In this document: positions 17,651-23,488 of the stretch, in pieces
How the letters are laid out: each line of letters starts with the position of its first letter
How positions within the stretch are numbered: position 1 is the stretch's first letter
NCBI RefSeq assembly: GCF_000172995.2
Contig: NC_014729.1
Location: 2,520,001-2,552,000, forward strand
Length of the DNA: 32,000 nucleotides
Source: Halogeometricum borinquense DSM 11551
GTDB taxonomy: Archaea > Halobacteriota > Halobacteria > Halobacteriales > Haloferacaceae
Reading direction: 5' to 3'
Notes under the pieces: generated by a model
Told to the model about the DNA's origin: nothing
What the model saw: only the letters and a program-made list of their open reading frames with translations
The model's database searches: none
Translations under genes and position numbers: made by a program

Positions 17651-17971
17651 TTATACGTCGTATCCCGAATCTGTGGGTCCATCCCACGCGTCGAACCCGC
17701 CGCGGAGACTGGACACGTCGGCATCGAGGTGTGAGTCGAGCAACGACGCGACGCGCCGAGAACTCTGACCCACATAACACGCGACGACAACGTCATCGCC
17801 CCAATCGGTATCGACTGTCGAAAGTGAGAGACGCGAGGCAGGAAGGTTCACCGCTCCCTCGATGTGGCCGGCGGCGTACGACGACGGGTCTCGGATATCC
17901 ACAACAGTCGTCTCGGAGTCATCGTCTTCGAGTTTCGCCACCAGCGTTTCCGGGTCCGTCTCCGTCACCAT
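17651..17971 (-). CDS. single-domain rhodanese (GlpE-like sulfurtransferase), 106 aa
   Basis: I trimmed the ORF to the ATG at 17971-17969 (MVTETDPETLVAKL...). The rhodanese fold shows VVDIRDPSSYAAGHIEGAVNLP and the active-site loop ACYVGQSSRR, which resembles the E. coli GlpE loop CYHGNSS. Confidence 0.8.
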   Translation of the reverse strand: MVTETDPETLVAKLEDDDSETTVVDIRDPSSYAAGHIEGAVNLPASRLSLSTVDTDWGDDVVVACYVGQSSRRVASLLDSHLDADVSSLRGGFDAWDGPTDSGYDV

Positions 17972-18075
17972 GTTCGGTGGTGACAGGCGGCGTCTCAAAC
18001 CGTCTTCGATTTGTTCCCCTCCCACACGATTCGTCGTGAACGACTCCGGCGAACGAACTGGGGTTACGAGACGGC

Positions 18076-18119
18076 GGCAAGCCGGACGTTTCCTGACACC
18101 GACTGGGGAAACGTTGCCA
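18076..18119. repeat. interrupted inverted repeat GGCAA-gccgg-ACGTTTCC-(13 nt)-GGAAACGT-TTGCC
   Basis: The arms were complemented by hand: 8 bp plus 5 bp of perfect pairing, with a 5-nt bulge on the left arm. It lies in the rhodanese/ubaA divergent spacer, just upstream of the ubaA TATA element. Confidence 0.6.
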
Positions 18120-18133
18120 GTCGAGGAGCGCGG

Positions 18134-18140
18134 ATTTATT
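18134..18140 (+). promoter_or_regulatory. TATA-box-like element (ATTTATT) for ubaA
   Basis: Centred 27 nt upstream of the ATG at 18164. Confidence 0.4.
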
Positions 18141-18163
18141 CGCGGCAACGACCAACGTCGGGT

Positions 18164-18973
18164 ATGTCCCTCTCACTCGACGCCACGCAACTGGACCGCT
18201 ACTCCAGACACATCATCATGGACGAGGTGGGACCGCCGGGACAGAAGCGCCTCCTCGACGCATCCGTGTTGGTGGTTGGGGCGGGCGGCCTCGGGTCGCC
18301 GGTCATCCAGTACCTCGCCGCCGCGGGCGTCGGACACCTCGGTATCGTAGACGACGATGTCGTCGAGCGGAGTAACCTCCAACGACAGGTCGTCCACCGC
18401 GACGACGATGTCGGGACGCCGAAAGTCGAGAGTGCCGCCGCGTTCGTCCACGGACTCAATCCCGACGTGACCGTCGAGACGTACGAAACCCGACTGGAGA
18501 AAGAAAACGTCGGGGTACTCGCAGACTACGACGTGGTCGTTGACGCCTCGGATAACTTCCCGACGCGCTACCTCGTCAACGACTTCTGCCGAATCAACGA
18601 GATTCCAGTCGCTCACGGCGCGATATACAAGTTCGAAGGACAGGTGACGACGTTGACGCCCGACGGGCCGTGTTACCGCTGTCTGTTCCCCGAAGCGCCC
18701 GAACCCGGAACCGTTCCGGACTGTGCGACGACGGGGGTACTCGGCGTTCTCCCCGGGACCGTGGGCTGTATCCAAGCGACAGAAGCCGTGAAACTCGTCC
18801 TCGACGAAGGCGATCCGCTGGTCGGTCGCCTCCTGTTCTACGATGCGATGGATATGACGTTCGAGACGGTTCCCTACCGACGGAATTCCGACTGCCCGGT
18901 CTGCGGCGACGACCCAATCGACTCCGTCGCGGACGTGGAGTACACCGACGCCTGCGCGGTCTCCCTGGACTGA
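18164..18973 (+). CDS. ubaA: SAMP-activating E1-like enzyme UbaA (MoeB/ThiF family)
   Basis: MSLSLDATQLDRYSRHIIMDEVGPPGQKRL...VVGAGGLGSPVIQYLAAAGVG...VERSNLQRQ matches the MoeB/ThiF family. Two Zn-binding CxxC pairs are present (CYRC, CPVC), along with the catalytic-Cys segment PDCATTGVLG. The N-terminus closely matches my recollection of H. volcanii UbaA. I trimmed the track ORF (18011) to the ATG at 18164. Confidence 0.92.
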   Translation: MSLSLDATQLDRYSRHIIMDEVGPPGQKRLLDASVLVVGAGGLGSPVIQYLAAAGVGHLGIVDDDVVERSNLQRQVVHRDDDVGTPKVESAAAFVHGLNPDVTVETYETRLEKENVGVLADYDVVVDASDNFPTRYLVNDFCRINEIPVAHGAIYKFEGQVTTLTPDGPCYRCLFPEAPEPGTVPDCATTGVLGVLPGTVGCIQATEAVKLVLDEGDPLVGRLLFYDAMDMTFETVPYRRNSDCPVCGDDPIDSVADVEYTDACAVSLD

Positions 18974-19032
18974 CGACAAGAGAGACAGACACCGAGAAGC
19001 TCACCGGCGTGGACGCGCCGTCTTGATCCGGA

Positions 19033-20682
19033 TTACCGGTCTACGTCGAGACCGCCGTCCGTCCGCGTGATTTCAGTGCGACTCGAACCAGCGTCGCCAG
19101 CATCGTCCCCGGTTCCGATATCAATCTGCCCAGCCTCGAACGTCGCTTCCACGTTGCCGCCACAGAGGCGGGCGACGCGGTCGGTGAGTTCGTCGAGTGC
19201 CATCGTCTGGTCGGCTGTCGCGTCGGTGATTTCGGTGGACGCATCGCGCGCGTCAAACGCATGCGACTGTGCAGTCTGGATGGTCGTGGTGACCTCTTCG
19301 ATGTTCGTCGCCTGACTGTCCGTCGCGCGCGCGACTTCACCGATACCGTCTGCGGCGGCGTCCGTCGCCTGCGCGATTTCTTCGAGCGAGGCAAGCACGT
19401 CCTCGATTTCGCCGGAAGCGACCTGAATCTGCTCGTGGGACTGTTCGGAGGCCATCACCGTCTCGTCGGCCTGTTCTTGTATCTGCTCGATGCTCTGGGC
19501 GATTTCCTCGGTGTGTTCGTGCGTCTGATTAGCGAGTTGTTTCACTTCGTCGGCGACGACGGAGAATCCCTCGCCGGCCTCGCCAGCGCGGGCCGCCTCG
19601 ATGTTGGCGTTGAGCGCTAACAGGTTGGTCCGGTCTGCGACTTCCGCGATGACCTCGACGACTTCCTCGATGGAACCCATACGCTCTTGGAGTTCAATGA
19701 CGCTATCGAGCAAGTCATCCGAGATGTCGATGACGTTGTCCGTGGCCGAACGGACGGATTCACCCGCCCCGCGGGCGCTCTCGGCGGCCGTCTGTGCCTG
19801 CGCTGCGGAACTGGCGACTTGGTCCGACGTTGCCGCAATCTCTTCCATGCTCGCAGAGAGGTCCTGCATCTCGTCTGCCCCCTTATCGAGTAGTTCGCTC
19901 TGGTCTGTGACCTGTGACTCGATGCGCATCGCGGCGTCGGCCGCACGTTCGATTGCCTTGCCGAGGTGGACCGCCTTCTGGTCTACTTCGTCTGCCAATC
20001 GCTCGAACCGTTCGGCCATGGCGTTGAACTCGGGAACGACGGACAGCGCCTCCTCGGGCAAGCGTCCGCTCTCGTCCTCGAACTCGATGCGCGCCGACAG
20101 GTCGCCGTTGGCAAGTGCGCCGACGGTATCGAGCAGTTCGTCGATGAGTTGCACTGACGCTTGCTCGCGTGCGACGACATCCGTCCGGTCGTATATCGTC
20201 TCGACAACGGCGACAACCTCGTCGCCCTCGAAGATGGGTTTGGCGACGAAGCGAATGTGGCGTTCGACGCCGTCACCAGTCACCATCGTACTACTATCCT
20301 CGAAGCCACCGTCACCGGTCGTGGCGACGCCGAACGTCTTATCGGCGTTGCTGGGGGCTTCGAGTACCTTGTCCGCGAGCGTTTTCGCGCGCCGGCCGTC
20401 GGGATAAAACGCCTCGCTGGCATGCTCGGATCCGACTGCCACTGACGCAGGAACCGCGGTGAGACGTTCTATCTGCTTGTTCCACGCGACGACGGTCCCC
20501 TCGTCGTTGAGAATGAACGTCGGTGCGCCGACTCCTTCCAAAATCTGTGAACTGTCGAGCGAGCGGGCGACTCCGGAGACTGTCTCGGTATGTCCGGACG
20601 TAACGCCACCATCGGGTTGGGGACGGTCGCCGCCGCCCACCGGGAGCGCGTCCACGAGTCTGGTGAGCAACGAGTTAGGCAT
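19033..20682 (-). CDS. soluble methyl-accepting chemotaxis transducer (PAS-HAMP-MA), 549 aa
   Basis: The highly conserved signalling hairpin [38 protein letters not shown] is present. A HAMP-like segment ([13 protein letters not shown]) and an N-terminal PAS-like segment ([22 protein letters not shown]) are also present. There is no transmembrane helix. I trimmed the start to the ATG at 20682 ([10 protein letters not shown]), which has a TATA element 26 nt upstream. Confidence 0.9.
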   Translation of the reverse strand: MPNSLLTRLVDALPVGGGDRPQPDGGVTSGHTETVSGVARSLDSSQILEGVGAPTFILNDEGTVVAWNKQIERLTAVPASVAVGSEHASEAFYPDGRRAKTLADKVLEAPSNADKTFGVATTGDGGFEDSSTMVTGDGVERHIRFVAKPIFEGDEVVAVVETIYDRTDVVAREQASVQLIDELLDTVGALANGDLSARIEFEDESGRLPEEALSVVPEFNAMAERFERLADEVDQKAVHLGKAIERAADAAMRIESQVTDQSELLDKGADEMQDLSASMEEIAATSDQVASSAAQAQTAAESARGAGESVRSATDNVIDISDDLLDSVIELQERMGSIEEVVEVIAEVADRTNLLALNANIEAARAGEAGEGFSVVADEVKQLANQTHEHTEEIAQSIEQIQEQADETVMASEQSHEQIQVASGEIEDVLASLEEIAQATDAAADGIGEVARATDSQATNIEEVTTTIQTAQSHAFDARDASTEITDATADQTMALDELTDRVARLCGGNVEATFEAGQIDIGTGDDAGDAGSSRTEITRTDGGLDVDR

Positions 20683-20703
20683 TATCTCTTTTTTGGCAAC
20701 AAA

Positions 20704-20711
20704 ACTGATAA
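20704..20711 (-). promoter_or_regulatory. TATA-box-like element (TTATCAGT on the minus strand) for the transducer gene
   Basis: Centred 26 nt upstream of the ATG at 20682, inside a 150-nt AT-rich spacer. A second copy, ATATCAGT, lies 30 nt further upstream (20734-20741). Confidence 0.4.
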
Positions 20712-20834
20712 CTGTATCCCGCTGGTTTTCAATACTGATATTATTGGAGAATATTGCGACAGCATCGGCTGAGAACCAAGTACGAAGACCGGACAGAGTA
20801 TCGGATCTTCGATACGGCGTCTCAGTAGGAGTCG

Positions 20835-21512
20835 TCACCACCGGGCCGGTCCGTCTCGGACGATGCGTCTGAAGACCGCCGCTTCCGCTTTCCGTAGGTG
20901 TTCGGCCGCCGTACCAGTCGAGCAGTCGAGTCGGTCGGCCACCGCAGAGACAGATGCTTCTCGTGGATTACCGTAGTATCCCAGTTCGACCGCAACGACA
21001 AGTGCGTCACGTTGCCGTGGTGAGAGTGCTGCCGCCGGGTCGGCGACGCGTCCGTCGTACTCGTGAATCTCTCGCACATCAGCTTCGATACTCGGCGGCA
21101 GGCTTTCGAACGCATCAGTGAGTGCCTCCGCCGTCCCGACAAGCGAGAGGTCAACAGACCGATCCTCACGGAAGATGATCGGTGAGACGACGACGACGCC
21201 GGTTCCGAGAAAGGCGTTAGAGAGTCCAGCGTCAGCCTCGAAGTCGCCTTCCTGAACGGCGAGGTAGAAGCCGGGACGGTCGTCAGTCTGGGAGATTTCG
21301 TAGTCCAGAATCGAAGGCGACGCTTCGAGGGCGTCGGTGTACGTCTCCGGGTCGTCGCCATCAACGTGAAAGAGGAACGTGTTCCGATCATCGACTAACG
21401 GATTGCCGTGAAGAAGGCTCGTTCGTCGGAATCCAGGCGTTTCGGCGACGAAAGCGTGCATCGGATGAATAAGTGAATCGGGAAGAGTCAGACGGGCACG
21501 AATCGACTTCAC
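20835..21512 (-). CDS. HTH_10 (bacterio-opsin-activator-type) DNA-binding regulator
   Basis: The C-terminal segment [52 protein letters not shown] is the haloarchaeal HTH_10 domain. The start is a GTG at 21512-21510 ([21 protein letters not shown], a typical family N-terminus), with a TATA element 26 nt upstream. Confidence 0.8.
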   Translation of the reverse strand: MKSIRARLTLPDSLIHPMHAFVAETPGFRRTSLLHGNPLVDDRNTFLFHVDGDDPETYTDALEASPSILDYEISQTDDRPGFYLAVQEGDFEADAGLSNAFLGTGVVVVSPIIFREDRSVDLSLVGTAEALTDAFESLPPSIEADVREIHEYDGRVADPAAALSPRQRDALVVAVELGYYGNPREASVSAVADRLDCSTGTAAEHLRKAEAAVFRRIVRDGPARW

Positions 21513-21533
21513 AAACGGGACTGTTCAGTCTAA

Positions 21534-21542
21534 GAATAAAAA
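21534..21542 (-). promoter_or_regulatory. TATA-box-like element (TTTTTATTC on the minus strand) for the HTH_10 gene
   Basis: Centred 26 nt upstream of the GTG at 21512, in the 83-nt divergent spacer. Confidence 0.4.
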
Positions 21543-21560
21543 GCCCCTCACGAGTGCGGC

Positions 21561-21567
21561 AAAATAG
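21561..21567 (+). promoter_or_regulatory. TATA-like AAAATAG upstream of nuoCD
   Basis: Centred ~32 nt upstream of the ATG at 21596, which is slightly long for a leaderless transcript. Confidence 0.25.
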
Positions 21568-21595
21568 CGATCATTGGCTGAGCGAATTCGAAGAT

Positions 21596-23248
21596 ATGAG
21601 TCTCGACACGCGAAGCCGTGAACTCGCCGACGAAGCGGGGACTGACGGACTCGATACACTTCTCTCGGATCTTCTGCTCAGCCGCGACGACCACGTACAC
21701 GCCCCCGGGTTCGTCGTTCGGCCCGACAACGTACAAGAGACGCTGCGACGACTGCGCGACGAGGCGGGATTTGACCATCTCTCGTGTGTGACCGCACAGG
21801 AGTACGAGGACCGCTACGAAACGATCTATCACATGAAGTCGTACGACGATCCGACGGACGAGGTGAGCATCGTCGTTCCGACACCTTCGAACGCACCGGT
21901 CAGCGAGTCGGGCGCACCGGTGTTCGAGACGGCGGGGTGGCACGAGCGCGAGGCGTACGACCTCGTCGGCATCGAGTACGACGACCATCCCGATCTGCGG
22001 CGCATTCTTCTTCCCGAAACGTGGCAAGGACATCCCCTCTCGCGCGACTACGACCAAGACCGACCACAAATCGTCCCGTATCGAGAACACGCCAACCCGA
22101 TCGAAGACGACAGCCGCGACGGCGACACGCTGTTTCTCAACGTCGGACCGCACCACCCGGCAACGCACGGTGTCCTCCACCTCAAGGTAACGCTGGACGG
22201 CGAACACGTCGTCGATCTCGATCCGGAAATCGGCTACATCCACCGGTGCGAAGAGCAGATGTGCCAATCGAAGACGTACCGACACCAGATCATGCCGTAC
22301 CCCGACCGCTGGGACTGGGGCGGCGGAGGCCTGTTGAACGAGTGGGCGTACGCCCGCACCGCCGAGACGCTCGCGGACATCGACGTGCCGGAGTATGCGC
22401 AGGTGATTCGGACGATGACCGCGGAACTCTCGCGGATGCTCTCGCACTTTCTCTCCATCGGTGCGTACGCTCTCGACGTGACGGGCGATTTCACGGCGAC
22501 GTTCATGTACGCGATACGCGACCGAGAGCAGATACAGAACATCTTAGAAGACGTGACCGGCCAGCGACTGATGTTCAACTACTTCCGTCTCGGCGGCGTC
22601 GTTTGGGATCTACCGGAACCCCGCGAGGAGTTCTTCGAGAAGGTGTACAACTTCGTTGACGGCCTTCCACAGAAGTTAGCGGAGTACCACGATCTGCTAA
22701 CCGGAAATGAGGTACTCCAACTCCGGTCGGTCGATACTGGTATCCTGCCGGCGGAGGTTGCCAAGTCCTACGGCTGCACGGGTCCCGTTGCACGCGGGTC
22801 AGGCATCGAGTACGACCTCCGCCGCGACGATCCCTACGGCTACTACAACGAACTCGACTGGAACGTCGTCACTGAACCCGACGGCGACAACTTCAGTCGT
22901 CTGCTCGTCCGTATGCGCGAGATCGAGGAGTCCGCGCGGATCGTCGAACAGTGTGCGGAACTCCTCGCCGACTGGCCCGAAGACGACCGTACCATCCAGT
23001 CGAACGTCCCGCGGACGATCCGTCCGGACGACGACACCGAAGTGTACCGCGCCGTCGAAGGTGCCAAGGGTGAACTCGGGATCTACATCCGCTCGGACGG
23101 AACCGAAAAGCCCGCACGCTTCAAGATCCGAGGGCCGTCGTTCTCGAACTTGCAGGCGCTTCCGGAGATAGCCGAAGGCGGGTTGATACCGGACTTGATC
23201 GCGTCGCTGGGGAGTCTCGACACGATCATGGGCGAAGTAGACCGCTGA
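21596..23248 (+). CDS. nuoCD: fused NADH-quinone oxidoreductase subunit C/D (NuoCD), stand-alone
   Basis: The NuoC part contains WHEREAYDLVGIEYDDHPDLRRILLPE. The NuoD part contains LNVGPHHPATHGVLHL, GYIHRCEEQ and the C-terminal SFSNLQALPE...LIASLGSLDTIMGEVDR. I trimmed the start to the ATG at 21596 (MSLDTRSREL). No other nuo genes are present in the window. Confidence 0.9.
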   Translation: MSLDTRSRELADEAGTDGLDTLLSDLLLSRDDHVHAPGFVVRPDNVQETLRRLRDEAGFDHLSCVTAQEYEDRYETIYHMKSYDDPTDEVSIVVPTPSNAPVSESGAPVFETAGWHEREAYDLVGIEYDDHPDLRRILLPETWQGHPLSRDYDQDRPQIVPYREHANPIEDDSRDGDTLFLNVGPHHPATHGVLHLKVTLDGEHVVDLDPEIGYIHRCEEQMCQSKTYRHQIMPYPDRWDWGGGGLLNEWAYARTAETLADIDVPEYAQVIRTMTAELSRMLSHFLSIGAYALDVTGDFTATFMYAIRDREQIQNILEDVTGQRLMFNYFRLGGVVWDLPEPREEFFEKVYNFVDGLPQKLAEYHDLLTGNEVLQLRSVDTGILPAEVAKSYGCTGPVARGSGIEYDLRRDDPYGYYNELDWNVVTEPDGDNFSRLLVRMREIEESARIVEQCAELLADWPEDDRTIQSNVPRTIRPDDDTEVYRAVEGAKGELGIYIRSDGTEKPARFKIRGPSFSNLQALPEIAEGGLIPDLIASLGSLDTIMGEVDR

Positions 23249-23432
23249 GTCAGCAAAGCGGCTGTCGAAAACAGTCTCGATGTGGCGAACTGGCGGCACT
23301 GTCGAGCGATTGCGACGCTCATAGTCACGGACGGGCGTGCCGCACTCCGCGTGACCGCCCGCGGCGTCGGTTAGGTCACGGGCCGTCTGGCCTCGGCTTC
23401 TGATTTAAACGTTCGTCCGGAGCGAAACGCAA

Positions 23433-23458
23433 ACCACAGCGCCCCATAGACCACAGCG
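23433..23458 (+). repeat. two copies of the 9-mer ACCACAGCG at a 17-nt period, abutting the mutS TATA box
   Basis: Exact copies at 23433-23441 and 23450-23458, counted directly. The second copy ends 1 nt before the TTTTAT element. Confidence 0.6.
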
Positions 23459-23464
23459 TTTTAT
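23459..23464 (+). promoter_or_regulatory. TATA-box-like element (TTTTAT) for mutS
   Basis: Centred ~28 nt upstream of the ATG at 23489. Confidence 0.45.
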
Positions 23465-23488
23465 CGCCCGGACTGCCGACGTAGGTGT

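Noticed and set aside
18173-18979. 268-aa ORF antisense to ubaA
   Set aside because: Same reasoning as above: it exactly shadows a conserved gene, has no recognisable motifs and has a non-halophilic composition.
20683-20841. N-terminal extension of the transducer ORF back to the ATG at 20841. Analogous long-ORF extensions occur at 18011-18163 (ubaA), 28915-29100 (kdgK), 26570-26653 (mutL), 26205-26252 (nudix), 17972-18148 (rhodanese), 11703-11801 (ATPase) and 3858-3950 (Tat lipoprotein).
   Set aside because: The extensions run through AT-rich promoter-like DNA or overlap the upstream gene. They encode basic, non-conserved-looking peptides. The internal starts restore canonical family N-termini or signal peptides and have correctly spaced TATA-like elements or coupled stop/start overlaps.
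21548-22447. 299-aa ORF antisense to nuoCD
   Set aside because: It lies entirely within and opposite a confidently identified gene. It is Arg-rich and basic (RxxR runs), unlike acidic haloarchaeal proteins. Long antisense shadow ORFs are expected at this GC content.
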